Translations under genes and position numbers: made by a program
In this document: piece after piece, positions 1 through 9,543 of the stretch
How positions within the stretch are numbered: the first letter of the stretch is position 1
How the letters are laid out: every line of letters begins with the position of its first letter
DNA from: Spirochaetales bacterium
GTDB taxonomy: Bacteria; Spirochaetota; Spirochaetia; Treponematales; UBA12059
Reading direction: 5' to 3'
DNA length: 59,388 nt
Assembly: GCA_016928955.1 (NCBI GenBank)
Contig: JAFGJV010000050.1
Coordinates: 1 to 59,388 of the forward strand
Notes under the pieces: model-generated
Database searches by the model: none
What the model saw: only the letters and a program-made list of their open reading frames with translations
What the model was told of the DNA's origin: nothing

Positions 1-34
1 CCATCACCTCCGACCGAAGCGCTTCCAAAAGAAA

Positions 35-74
35 ACCGCGAAGTCATGCTCTTGCACAACTTCGCGGTCTTTTT
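35..74. terminator. Hairpin downstream of fba, probable bidirectional intrinsic terminator
   Basis: ACCGCGAAGT (35-44) pairs with ACTTCGCGGT (59-68), with an A-rich run before and a T-run after. Confidence 0.55.
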
Positions 75-116
75 CAGTGGCCCCGTTGTCCCCGGGGTTT
101 TTTGCGGGCTTTCGGC

Positions 117-1115
117 TCAGGCCTGGCCGGCCGAACCCAGCACTTCTTTGTTCTTGTGCATGTACAGCTTCTTGAGCTCGTCCCTGGCCGGGCCAAGGTA
201 CTTGCGCGGATCGAACTCATCCGGCTTCTCTGCAAAGACCTTGCGTATCATGGCGGTCATTGCCAGGCGGCCGTCCGAGTCTATATTGATCTTGCACACG
301 GCGCTCTTGGCCGCTTGCCTGAGCTGTTCCTCGGGTATGCCCACGGAGTCGGACAGCTTCCCGCCGTAACGCTCGATCATCTGTATGTACTCTGGGGGCA
401 CGCTGGACGAACCGTGTAGCACGATGGGGAAGCCGGGTATGCGTTTCTCGATCTCGGTGAGTATGTCAAAGCGCAGGGGGGGCGGAATCAGTACGCCGTT
501 TGAGTCCCTGGTGCATTGCTCGGGCTTGAATTTGGCCCGGCCGTGGCTGGTTCCTATGGATATGGCCAGTGAGTCCACGCCGGTTTTCTTGACAAAGTCC
601 TCGACCTCGTCGGGCTGGGTGTAGTGGCTGTGCTCCGCCGACACGTCGTCCTCTACGCCGGCAAGCACGCCCAGCTCGCCCTCAACGGACACGTAATCCT
701 TGCGCGAGTGGGCGTATTCGCACACCTTGCGGGTCAGGGCCACGTTTTCGTCGTACGGCAGGTGCGAGCCGTCTATCATCACGCTGGAGAAGCCGTTTTC
801 TATGCAGTCCACGCACAGCTCGAAGCTGTCTCCATGGTCCAGGTGGAGGACGATTGGTATGGCGTGGCCGAGCTCCGTAGCGTACTCCACGGCACCCCGG
901 GCCATGTTCCGCAGGAGATTGGCGTTGGCGTACTTGCGGGCTCCCGACGACACCTGGAGTATCACGGGGCTCTTTGTCTCGACGCAGGCTTGGATAATAG
1001 CCTGAAGCTGTTCCATGTTGTTGAAATTGTATGCCGGCAGGGCGTATCCCCCGGCCACCGCCTTTTTGAACAGCTCGACCGTGTTGGTAAGGCCAAGCTC
1101 CTTGTAACTGGTCAT
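117..1115 (-). CDS. fba: Class II fructose-1,6-bisphosphate aldolase
   Basis: HLDHG, SSVMIDGS, VEGELG, GTSHG, VLHGSS and KINIDSD motifs. Confidence 0.95.
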   Translation of the reverse strand: MTSYKELGLTNTVELFKKAVAGGYALPAYNFNNMEQLQAIIQACVETKSPVILQVSSGARKYANANLLRNMARGAVEYATELGHAIPIVLHLDHGDSFELCVDCIENGFSSVMIDGSHLPYDENVALTRKVCEYAHSRKDYVSVEGELGVLAGVEDDVSAEHSHYTQPDEVEDFVKKTGVDSLAISIGTSHGRAKFKPEQCTRDSNGVLIPPPLRFDILTEIEKRIPGFPIVLHGSSSVPPEYIQMIERYGGKLSDSVGIPEEQLRQAAKSAVCKINIDSDGRLAMTAMIRKVFAEKPDEFDPRKYLGPARDELKKLYMHKNKEVLGSAGQA

Positions 1116-1270
1116 GCGCGACTCCTTAGCTAGACGCTGTATATCGTGGGGCAGCCGGCTTCTGGGCGACGGACAGCCCCCATGCTATGGACTTGAGTCT
1201 AGGTCCGGCCCGACCGGAGCGTCAAGGCCCGGCCCTTGCCCCAGGGGCGCGGCATCGCTACAGTGTGCGC

Positions 1271-2110
1271 ATGATACACCGCACCGGAGCCGTGCACCGA
1301 GCGGGCATAGCCGTGGTCCTGGCCATGCTGGTACTGACCGCCTGCGCCCGAGGCCCCGCGGGAGGTCTGGCCATAGTCGATCCGGTATTCGCGTCGCTCT
1401 TTCCCGCGGCTGCCCGGGAATACCGGGCACTGGCCGGAACCCTGGTCGTTTTGCCCGAGGAAGCTCCCTCCGCCGCCATGTACGCAGCCATAGACAAACA
1501 CCGTCCGTCGTGGGTGGTGCTGTCGCCCCTCCTGTTCACCGAGCTGGGCCCCCTCTGTCGGTCTCGACCTGAGCTTACGGTATTATGGGCAGGTCCGGGT
1601 GTACCGGCCGATCACGACACGCTGTACTCGGCCACCTTTTCACCCGCAGGAGCGGCCGCCGTGGCCGGCCCCGCCCTCGCGGACGCCATAGCCGCCACCG
1701 GCCAGCCTTCAGCGATCAGCGTCGCGCTGGTGAGCCCCGACGGAGCCGAGACCGTAACGCAGGCTCTACTGTCCGCTTTTAGCTCCGCAGATAGCGTCCG
1801 CGTGCCGATAATCGAGAGGGTGGCCGGCTGGTCGCAGTCCGTTTCCGACCGCCTGGGCGCAATGGACGTGCGCGCCGCCTATCTGGCTGTCGATCTGTCC
1901 GAAAGCGGCCGCTGGCTGGGCACGGCGCTTCCGGACGAAGCGTACACCCTCCTGCTCTGCCCGCTGCCGTCCCCTGGCACGCCTCGCGGCGTGGACGCCC
2001 TGGTGGCGTGGAACCTCAAGGAGACCCTTGGGGAACTGTCGCGTCGCCTCCAGACCGGCGAACGGGGCAACGGAGAGGGAACCTGGACGCTGGTGCGCGC
2101 CGGAGGATGA
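1271..2110 (+). CDS. Hypothetical lipoprotein, possibly periplasmic-binding-protein-like
   Basis: Start moved to ATG 1271, which gives a signal peptide with lipobox LTAC. TTGCCC-N17-TACAGT lies 6 nt upstream. Confidence 0.6.
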   Translation: MIHRTGAVHRAGIAVVLAMLVLTACARGPAGGLAIVDPVFASLFPAAAREYRALAGTLVVLPEEAPSAAMYAAIDKHRPSWVVLSPLLFTELGPLCRSRPELTVLWAGPGVPADHDTLYSATFSPAGAAAVAGPALADAIAATGQPSAISVALVSPDGAETVTQALLSAFSSADSVRVPIIERVAGWSQSVSDRLGAMDVRAAYLAVDLSESGRWLGTALPDEAYTLLLCPLPSPGTPRGVDALVAWNLKETLGELSRRLQTGERGNGEGTWTLVRAGG

Positions 2111-2155
2111 CAAAACCGGCCGAAAGACCTTTGTGCGGAAAAGGCGTCATTTGAT

Positions 2156-2184
2156 TTGACAAAGGATAGCCTTAAAAATATAAT
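2156..2184 (+). promoter_or_regulatory. Perfect-consensus sigma70 promoter of the flaA pair
   Basis: TTGACA (2156-2161), 17-nt spacer, TATAAT (2179-2184). Confidence 0.9.
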
Positions 2185-2240
2185 TTTCCTAGATTTTGGT
2201 GTCTTGATCGGATGAGGAACCTTGATAAGGAGTAATCCGG

Positions 2241-3044
2241 ATGAAACAGCGCGTCGTTAAGGCGTTCAGCCTATTGTTCGTCTTCCTGTTCCTCCTGTGC
2301 GTGGCGCCGGCCTTCGGCGACGAGGAAACCACAAACCTCGAATCGCTGGTGGTGCAGGATTTTGATGATCCAGAAGCCCAGCCATGGTTCGTCATCGGCA
2401 GCAAGTTCGCCACAGCGGGCTATCCCAAGCTGAATTTTGTCAAAACTTGGCCGACCGCCCTCCATGGGGTCAACCCCGAGGGCAAGGACGCACGGACCGG
2501 CTCCGAGCTCAGGAGCCTGGGCGTGGCCATGATGTTCGACCGGAAAGAGTACAACTGGGTGGATATCATTCCGGGTACAAAATCCGGCTCGGGCGAGGAC
2601 GTTACCTACCAGCCCGCGGAGATAGACCTGCCTGGCCGCGTCAGCCAGATCGACATGTGGATATGGTCCGGCAACTACAACTACTACATAGAGGCGTACA
2701 TCCGCGACTATACCGGCATCGTGCACATCGTTCCGATGGGGAACCTCAACCATATAGGCTGGAAGCACTTCCGCGGCCGTCTCCCCGATAACATTCCCCA
2801 GGCCCGCAAGTACCTTCCCAAGCGCGAATCCCTTACCCTAGTGAAGTTCCGCATATGGACCCGGCCCACGGAAGTGGTAGCCGCCCCAACCAGGAGCGGA
2901 GCGCCCGACCACGAACGGGCCATATACTTCTACTTTGATCACTTCAAGGTGCTCACCGACACCTTCGAATCGCTCTACGACGGCGACAGCCTCACGGATC
3001 CCGAATTCATGGAGGAAACCTGGGGCGCCGGAACTTCCAACTAA
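2241..3044 (+). CDS. flaA: Flagellar filament outer-layer (sheath) protein FlaA
   Basis: Signal peptide; DMWIWSGNYNY, GNLNHIGWK and YFYFDHFK resemble the spirochaete FlaA family; RBS AAGGAG. Confidence 0.85.
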   Translation: MKQRVVKAFSLLFVFLFLLCVAPAFGDEETTNLESLVVQDFDDPEAQPWFVIGSKFATAGYPKLNFVKTWPTALHGVNPEGKDARTGSELRSLGVAMMFDRKEYNWVDIIPGTKSGSGEDVTYQPAEIDLPGRVSQIDMWIWSGNYNYYIEAYIRDYTGIVHIVPMGNLNHIGWKHFRGRLPDNIPQARKYLPKRESLTLVKFRIWTRPTEVVAAPTRSGAPDHERAIYFYFDHFKVLTDTFESLYDGDSLTDPEFMEETWGAGTSN

Positions 3045-3053
3045 GGGGAGACC

Positions 3054-3791
3054 ATGAAAAAGATATTCGTCGTTGTTCTTGCGTTCGCCCTGGCCGGACT
3101 GGCCGCGGCTCAGGATACCGTGGGCACGCCCGACGCCGACTCGATCGGCAACGACACCGCCCAGCAGAAACTCCAGATGGTGAGCGTGGACAAATTCGAG
3201 TCCGCCGGTTTCTGGAACGCCTACATCTCCCCGGACGAGGGCTTTATCCAGAGCCGCCTGTTCGTGGGAAGTCCCGCCGGCAAGGCTGAGGAGCCCGCCC
3301 CCGAGGAGCGGTATACCGGCATAGACCCCAAGATCGCCGACCAGTACTCGTTCGGCGTTCGCGTGGACTTCTTCCGCCGCGGCTTCAACCAGGTGTACGT
3401 CCTGGCGCAGAAGCCCATACCCATAGAGGGCATATCCAAGATCGTGTCCGTATGGGTTGCCGGCAGGAACTACAACCATGTGCTCAAGCTCATCGTGGTA
3501 GACGCCTTCAACAAGCAGTTCGAGCTGACGCTCGGCAAGCTGAATTTCCAGGGCTGGAAAAAGCTGTCGGTTGCCATACCTCCGCAGAATCCGGACGGCG
3601 TGAGCGGCATCATACAGAGCAACTACCACTACAACAACCAGCGCGGCATCAAGATCATAGGTTTCAAGATCGAGTGCGACCCCTGGGAGTCCTTTGGTAC
3701 CTATTACATCTACTTTGACGACCTCCGCGCGATCACGGACCTGTTCGCTGAGGATTCCAGAGACGTTGACGACATGGTTGACGGTTGGTAA
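3054..3791 (+). CDS. flaA: Flagellar filament outer-layer protein FlaA, second paralogue
   Basis: Signal peptide; SVWVAGRNY, GKLNFQGWKKL and YIYFDDLRA motifs; 9 nt after the first flaA. Confidence 0.85.
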   Translation: MKKIFVVVLAFALAGLAAAQDTVGTPDADSIGNDTAQQKLQMVSVDKFESAGFWNAYISPDEGFIQSRLFVGSPAGKAEEPAPEERYTGIDPKIADQYSFGVRVDFFRRGFNQVYVLAQKPIPIEGISKIVSVWVAGRNYNHVLKLIVVDAFNKQFELTLGKLNFQGWKKLSVAIPPQNPDGVSGIIQSNYHYNNQRGIKIIGFKIECDPWESFGTYYIYFDDLRAITDLFAEDSRDVDDMVDGW

Positions 3792-3810
3792 AAAACCGGC
3801 GATCCTGCAA

Positions 3811-3838
3811 GGGCCCCGCTTTCGGGGCCCCTTTTTTT
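3811..3838 (+). terminator. Intrinsic terminator after the flaA pair
   Basis: GGGCCCCG-CTTT-CGGGGCCC followed by C and T7. Confidence 0.85.
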
Positions 3839-3851
3839 GCCCGGAGGACGG

Positions 3852-5024
3852 ATGAAACACCTTGAGTTTTTACGGCGCGTGTTTTTTTTCAAGAACCTTA
3901 ACGACGACGAGATAGCCCATGTAGCCGCCGTCTGCCACGAGGAACGCTTTGCCGCCGGCACCACCCTCTTCCGGGAAGGAGACAGCGCCGACCGTTTCTA
4001 CATTGTGATGGAAGGCCGCGTCGAGGTATGGAAAAACTACAACGATCCCAAACCCGACCTCCTGGGCGTCCATGGCCCCGGCCACTTTTTCGGCGAGATG
4101 GCCCTGGTGGACGAATTGCCCCGTTCGGCCACGGCCATAGCCAGGGAAGACACCCTCACCCTCTTCCTGTACCGCGATGACTTTCACGCCCTCGTGCGCG
4201 GGCACTCGTCCATAGCCCTGTCAGTCATGATGTCCATGTCATTCTTGGTTCGCAGTTCGAACGAGGTGTATGTTGACGACCTGCGCAAGCGCAACACCGA
4301 GCTGGAGGCAGCCTATGGCCAGCTGGAACGCGCCCAGGCGGAGCGGCTCAGGGGAGAGCGCCTGTCGACGCTGGGCAAATTCTCGTCGCTCATACTGCAT
4401 GACATTCGGAATCCCCTGTCCATCATCAAAGGACAGCTCCAGCTCATGGCCATGCACCTGGACGACCCGGAACGCCAGAAGCGATCCCTGGAAGCCCTTG
4501 CCGGCGAAGTGTCCAGGCTGGAACGCCTTTCCGGGGAACTACTGGATTATTCCCGCGGCGAGATACGCCTGGATTTTTCCATAGTCCAGCCCGATATCTT
4601 CTTGTCAAAGCTGGCGGATACCCTGCGCCCCAGGCTGGAACGCGACAGGATCAGGATAGATGTACAGCTTGAAGCTCCCGGCCCGGTTTTGATGGACGAG
4701 GAACGCATGGCCCGCGTCATCCATAACCTGGCGGACAATGCGCGTAAGGCCCTCCTGGACGCTAACGAGAGGGTACTGACCCTTGGGTGCAGGTACGAAG
4801 GGGATTTTTTGACCATTATTGTCCGGGACTCGGGCACGGGCATGGATAAGGAAACGCAGGCGCGGATTTTTGAGCCCTTCTACTCGGCGTCCGGCCGGGG
4901 CGGCACGGGCCTTGGGCTCCTCATCGTGCGCAACATTGTGGAAGCCCATGGAGGCACCCTGGCCTTTGATTCCAGCCCCGGGGCGGGCACCACCTTCACA
5001 CTCAGCCTGCCAAAACGCGCCTAA
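3852..5024 (+). CDS. Cytoplasmic histidine kinase with N-terminal cyclic-nucleotide-binding domain
   Basis: cNMP motifs FGEMAL and PRSATA; H-box ILHDIRNPL; N/G/F boxes NLADNA, DSGTGM, FEPF, GTGLGL; RBS GGAGG before ATG 3852. Confidence 0.9.
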   Translation: MKHLEFLRRVFFFKNLNDDEIAHVAAVCHEERFAAGTTLFREGDSADRFYIVMEGRVEVWKNYNDPKPDLLGVHGPGHFFGEMALVDELPRSATAIAREDTLTLFLYRDDFHALVRGHSSIALSVMMSMSFLVRSSNEVYVDDLRKRNTELEAAYGQLERAQAERLRGERLSTLGKFSSLILHDIRNPLSIIKGQLQLMAMHLDDPERQKRSLEALAGEVSRLERLSGELLDYSRGEIRLDFSIVQPDIFLSKLADTLRPRLERDRIRIDVQLEAPGPVLMDEERMARVIHNLADNARKALLDANERVLTLGCRYEGDFLTIIVRDSGTGMDKETQARIFEPFYSASGRGGTGLGLLIVRNIVEAHGGTLAFDSSPGAGTTFTLSLPKRA

Positions 5025-5063
5025 CAGCCTGCGTACAAAGGCGCGTGCCTTGCCGGGAGCCTG

Positions 5064-5864
5064 CTAGAGGGTTTTCTTTTTGAATAAGGTGGCCATGGTG
5101 GCTCCCACCTGTTCGGCCAAGACCTCTGGTTCGGTACCCCTGAGCGCGGCGGCGGCCAGGTAGGTCCTGTCTATGTCTAGGGGCGACGACGGCTTGCCGC
5201 GTCGGGGCATCGGGTTCATGTACGGGGCATCGGTTTCCAGTAGGAGACGGTCGTCAGGAACCAGGGAGCAGGCGGCTCTCAGGGCGCCCGATGTCTTGTA
5301 TGTCAGGTTGCCGGCGAACGACAGGTAGCAGCCCACCGCCAAGTAGTCCCGCGCGGCCTCGTCGTCGTATCCAAAACAGTGGATGATCACCGGTATCGTG
5401 CCCGAATAGTCGCGCACCACGGCCAGCGTTGGCGCATGAGCGTCCCTGGAGTGCACGACCAGCGGAAGGCCGCGGAGGGCCGCCAACTCTGCCTGGGCCC
5501 TGAATAAATGCTCCTGGGCACGCTCGTCGCCGTGCATCCAATGGTAATCCAGGCCGCACTCTCCCAGGGCCACGCAGTCCGGATCCGATATCGCAACTTC
5601 CAGCCGTGACAGGCTGGCATCAGGCTCAGACAGGGGCCCGGCATCCGGCCATATACCGGCGGCAAGGGCCACAAAGTCCAAGCCGCCAAGCAAGCGCTTG
5701 CGTCCCAAAAAATCGTCGTCGTCCACGCCGGGATCCAGGATCATGACGCCCGAGCCCCGGTAGCGATCCGCCACGGCGGCCAGGTCACCAGGCCGCCTGG
5801 CCACGTATGACAGATGGGCGTGGGAATCAGGATACGCCCGGACAGGGGCCGCGGTATCAGCCAC
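5064..5864 (-). CDS. tatD: TatD family hydrolase
   Basis: [18 protein letters not shown] and ETDAP motifs; overlaps the clpB stop. Confidence 0.9.
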   Translation of the reverse strand: MADTAAPVRAYPDSHAHLSYVARRPGDLAAVADRYRGSGVMILDPGVDDDDFLGRKRLLGGLDFVALAAGIWPDAGPLSEPDASLSRLEVAISDPDCVALGECGLDYHWMHGDERAQEHLFRAQAELAALRGLPLVVHSRDAHAPTLAVVRDYSGTIPVIIHCFGYDDEAARDYLAVGCYLSFAGNLTYKTSGALRAACSLVPDDRLLLETDAPYMNPMPRRGKPSSPLDIDRTYLAAAALRGTEPEVLAEQVGATMATLFKKKTL

Positions 5865-8442
5865 GGCGCTTAGCCGAGAACGAGAAATCGCCGTTCTTGA
5901 CGCCGACCAGTACCGTATCTCCTTCTTTTATGTCGCCTTTGAGTATCAGCTTGGCCAGCGGATTCTGAATGCGGGCCTGCACCAGGCGCTTGAGCGGACG
6001 GGCGCCAAAGCGGCTGTCATAGCCTTCCTTGGCCACCAGGGTTTCGGCCTCGGGGCTGATGTCCAGCGCCACCTTGCGCTCGGCCAGGCGCCCTTTCAGG
6101 TGTTCCAGCTGTATACGCGCGATGCCGACCATGTGCTTCTGTTCCAGGCGCTCGAACACAACCATTTCGTCGATCCGGTTGAGGAACTCGGGCTTGAAGG
6201 CGCTCTTGAGCACGGCGTCCACGCGCTCGCGCACCTCGGTCATGTCCTTGGCGTCCAGTATGAGATCCGAACCGAGGTTGCTGGTCATGATAACGATGGA
6301 ATTCTTGAAATCGACCACGCGGCCCTGCCCGTCCGTCAGGCGCCCGTCGTCCAAGAGCTGGAGAAGGGCGTTGAACACGTCCGGGTGGGCTTTTTCCACC
6401 TCGTCGAACAGGACCACGGAATACGGCCGACGGCGCACCGCCTCGGTCAGCTGGCCGCCCTCGTCGTAGCCCACATAGCCGGGAGGAGCGCCTATCAGGC
6501 GGCTGACCGAATGCTTTTCCATGTACTCGGACATGTCTATGCGCGTGAGGGCCTTGTCGTCGTTAAAGAGGAACTCCGCCAGGGTTTTGGCCAGCTCGGT
6601 CTTGCCCACGCCGGTGGGTCCCACAAACAGGAAGCTCCCGAGAGGACGGTTGGGATCAGACAGGCCCGTGCGGTTGCGCCGAATGGCGTCGGCCACGGCT
6701 GTGATGGCTGCGTCCTGCCCGACCACGCGGCGGGCGAGCGTGGCGTCCAGCTCCAGGTATTTCTGCAGTTCGCTGGACAGCATCTTAGACACGGGTATGC
6801 CGGTCCAGGTCGACACCACCCTGGCTATGTCCTCCTCGGACACTTCCTCCCTGAGGAGACGCTGGCCCGCCTGGGCCGAGCCGCCGTCAGAGCTGGCCTG
6901 GTCCAGCTTTTTCTGGGCCTCAAGCAATTTGCCGTACTTTATCTCGGCAGCCTTGGCCAGGTTGCCCTCTCGCTCGTAGCGCTGCTCGTCCAGCTTGAGT
7001 TTCTCTATCTCTTCCTTGAGCGAACGTATGACGCCGATGCGGTCCTTCTCGTTCTTCCAACGGAGGCGCATGGCGTCGCGCCTGCCCGACAGCTCGGCCA
7101 GTTCCTTTTCCAGCTTGGCCAGGCGCTCCTTGCTGGCGGGATCGTCCTCCCTGGACAGGGCCTGGCGCTCGATGGTCAGCTGGAGTATGCGCCGCTCGAT
7201 CTGGTCCAGGTCGGTGGGCTGGCTCTCTATCTCCATCTTGATGCGGCTTGCCGCCTCGTCTACCAGGTCTATGGCCTTGTCCGGCAGGAAGCGGCTGGTG
7301 ATGTAGCGGTCGGACAGGGTTGCCGCCGCTATCAACGCCTCGTCCATGATGCGTACGCCGTGGTGCACCTCGTAGCGCTCCTTGAGCCCGCGCAGGATGG
7401 CTATGGTGTCCTCCACGCTCGGCTCGGGGCACAGCACCGGCTGGAAGCGACGCTCCAGGGCAGCGTCCTTCTCTATGTGCTTGCGGTATTCGTCCAGGGT
7501 GGTGGCGCCGACGGCGCGAAGCTCGCCGCGCGCCAGGGCGGGCTTTAAGAGGTTGGACGCGTCCATGGCTCCTTCCGCCGCGCCCGCGCCCACCAGGGTG
7601 TGCAGCTCGTCGATGAAGAGTATCACCTCGCCGTCGGACTTCTGCACTTCCTCGATCACCGCCTTGAGCCGTTCCTCGAACTCGCCCCTGAATTTGGCGC
7701 CCGCTACCAGGGCGCCCAGGTCCAGGGCCAGGAGCTTTTTTTTGCGGAGGCTGTCAGGCACGTCGCCTGACACGATGCGACGGGCCAGACCTTCCACGAT
7801 GGCCGTCTTGCCCACGCCTGGCTCGCCTATCAGCACGGGATTGTTTTTGGTCCTTCTGGCCAGCACCTGCATGACACGGCGGATTTCCTCGTCGCGCCCT
7901 ATCACCGGATCCAGCTTTTCCCTTCTGGCCAGGGCAGTGAGGTCCCTGCAGTATTTCTCAAGTACGCGATACTTTTCCTCGGCAGCCTGGTCCTTGACGC
8001 TCCGGTTGCCGCGTATGTCCTTCAGCGACTCGAGTATGCCGGTGCGCGTGACGCCCTTTGAGCGCAGGAGCTCTCCAACGCGGCCCTCGTCGGCCAGCAT
8101 GGCCAGGAGTATGTGCTCGCCGGCAACGTAGTCGTCCTTGAGCGCCGCAGCCTCTCCCTCAGCCTTGGCCAGCGCCTTGGACGACGCGGGCGACAGGTAC
8201 ACCTGCACGGCGTGTCCGGACACCTTGGGGAATTTTGCTATGCTCGCTTCCAGATCCGATGCGAGGGTATCCGTTCTGGCCCCAAGCCGGTCCAAAAGCG
8301 GCCGGACAGCGCCGCCTTCAGATTCCAGGAGGGCCAACAGCAGATGCTCAAGCTCTATCTGGCTGTGGTCCATGCGCTGGGCGCGCGAGCTGGCGTCCTG
8401 TATGGCCTCCTGGGCCACATGGGTGAATTTGTCGAAATCCAT
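5857..8442 (-). CDS. clpB: Chaperone ClpB
   Basis: Two AAA+ modules ([16 protein letters not shown]), long coiled-coil middle domain, GAPPGYVGY; start MDFDKFT. Confidence 0.96.
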   Translation of the reverse strand: MDFDKFTHVAQEAIQDASSRAQRMDHSQIELEHLLLALLESEGGAVRPLLDRLGARTDTLASDLEASIAKFPKVSGHAVQVYLSPASSKALAKAEGEAAALKDDYVAGEHILLAMLADEGRVGELLRSKGVTRTGILESLKDIRGNRSVKDQAAEEKYRVLEKYCRDLTALARREKLDPVIGRDEEIRRVMQVLARRTKNNPVLIGEPGVGKTAIVEGLARRIVSGDVPDSLRKKKLLALDLGALVAGAKFRGEFEERLKAVIEEVQKSDGEVILFIDELHTLVGAGAAEGAMDASNLLKPALARGELRAVGATTLDEYRKHIEKDAALERRFQPVLCPEPSVEDTIAILRGLKERYEVHHGVRIMDEALIAAATLSDRYITSRFLPDKAIDLVDEAASRIKMEIESQPTDLDQIERRILQLTIERQALSREDDPASKERLAKLEKELAELSGRRDAMRLRWKNEKDRIGVIRSLKEEIEKLKLDEQRYEREGNLAKAAEIKYGKLLEAQKKLDQASSDGGSAQAGQRLLREEVSEEDIARVVSTWTGIPVSKMLSSELQKYLELDATLARRVVGQDAAITAVADAIRRNRTGLSDPNRPLGSFLFVGPTGVGKTELAKTLAEFLFNDDKALTRIDMSEYMEKHSVSRLIGAPPGYVGYDEGGQLTEAVRRRPYSVVLFDEVEKAHPDVFNALLQLLDDGRLTDGQGRVVDFKNSIVIMTSNLGSDLILDAKDMTEVRERVDAVLKSAFKPEFLNRIDEMVVFERLEQKHMVGIARIQLEHLKGRLAERKVALDISPEAETLVAKEGYDSRFGARPLKRLVQARIQNPLAKLILKGDIKEGDTVLVGVKNGDFSFSAKRRG

Positions 8443-8598
8443 GGCGAGGGGTCTCCATTCCCGCAAGGCTGGCTCGGGGATAACGTTCCCCGCCGCACCC
8501 GCGTTCCTTCGGCGCCGTCACGCGCGCGCGCATATGTACGTACGGAAGTCTATGCTTGCCGTCGCGGCCCGTGTACAGCACGGACACTCGGCACAAAA

Positions 8599-8627
8599 AA
8601 AATACTCCCTGTAGCTTCCGAAGGCAA
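8599..8627 (-). promoter_or_regulatory. Putative sigma70 promoter of clpB
   Basis: TTGCCT-N17-TATTTT on the minus strand, about 150 nt upstream of the start. Confidence 0.45.
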
Positions 8628-8670
8628 GGGTCCGCTTGCGGCGGCGGGCGCGGGCGGCTACACTGGCCGC

Positions 8671-8898
8671 ATGAAACACGACTTGAATACCACGGACAAG
8701 CTCGTCCTCATGCACGGATTGACGCCGGACGAGGCGCTTAAGGCCATGCGCGCGGTGAAAACCGCTCTCGGCTTTACCGACGAGTTGGCCTTTGCCCTGA
8801 CCACCGAACACAATATTGAATGGACGGTGTCCGAGCTGGTCGAGCATGTGCTTGAGGAACACCGGGAACTGAGCGCCAGGCGGCCATCCGAGGACTGA
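8671..8898 (+). CDS. Small protein resembling DUF3783
   Basis: 75 aa with VLMHG, FALTTEHNIEWTVSELVEHVLEEH; TTGCGG-N17-TACACT 6 nt upstream of the ATG. Confidence 0.7.
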   Translation: MKHDLNTTDKLVLMHGLTPDEALKAMRAVKTALGFTDELAFALTTEHNIEWTVSELVEHVLEEHRELSARRPSED

Positions 8899-8912
8899 CG
8901 CCCTGCGGTCCG

Positions 8913-9404
8913 TCAGTCCTCGTCCAGGTCCGGGAGCCTGGACTTGAGGTCGGCCATGAACGCGTCGCCCGTGTAACCGGCGCGCAGGGCGATGAACACG
9001 TTGTTGTCCTGGCCGGCCAGGGTGCCCATCACGCCGTCCAGGCCCATGTTGTCCAGGGCCAGGGCCACGGGCGCCGAGTGGCCAGAGTAGGTCTTGATGA
9101 CCACCATCTGGTCGTTCCAGTCTATGGACACGTAGCCCCTGAGGAAATCCTGGGCGTATATCTCCTCGCGTTTGCGCAGTTCGTCGTCGGAGGGCACGGC
9201 GTAGAAATAGCCTTCCGAGCCGGCGCCGACCTTGCTGGCCTTGAGGAGCTTGAGGTCGCGCGACAGGGTGGCCTGGGTTATGTAGACGCCCTTTTGCTCC
9301 AAGAGCGACAAGAGCTCGTCCTGGGATTCGACGCGGTGCTCGCGCAGGAGCTTGAGGATGATCCTGAGTCGTTCCCTGCGTGTCGTGTCGTTCTGCTCAC
9401 CCAT
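8913..9404 (-). CDS. argR: ArgR-family transcriptional repressor
   Basis: SQDELL and TQATLSRDL winged-helix motifs; C-terminal VIKT and GTLAGQD; RBS GGAGG. Confidence 0.85.
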   Translation of the reverse strand: MGEQNDTTRRERLRIILKLLREHRVESQDELLSLLEQKGVYITQATLSRDLKLLKASKVGAGSEGYFYAVPSDDELRKREEIYAQDFLRGYVSIDWNDQMVVIKTYSGHSAPVALALDNMGLDGVMGTLAGQDNNVFIALRAGYTGDAFMADLKSRLPDLDED

Positions 9405-9424
9405 GCCTGTCCTCCAGGGCTAAT

Positions 9425-9460
9425 GGGAACCTCTAATAACTGCAGTTTTTAGAGGCTCCC
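9425..9460. repeat. Family A palindromic repeat, short form
   Basis: GGGAACCTCTAATAACTGCAGTTTTTAGAGGCTCCC; related copies at 27294, 33290, 42654, 55767 and 58450. Confidence 0.9.
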
Positions 9461-9543
9461 TTGCGCGCCCGCTCCCGTGAGTATGCCAAGCCCGAGTCGC
9501 TTTAGGCAAGAGAAAAACTCATGGCCGGGGACCGCGCCTCGCC

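Noticed and set aside
8443..8470. GGGAATGGAGACCCC resembling the start of a fluoride riboswitch
   Set aside because: The downstream conserved elements are absent and the clpB context does not fit
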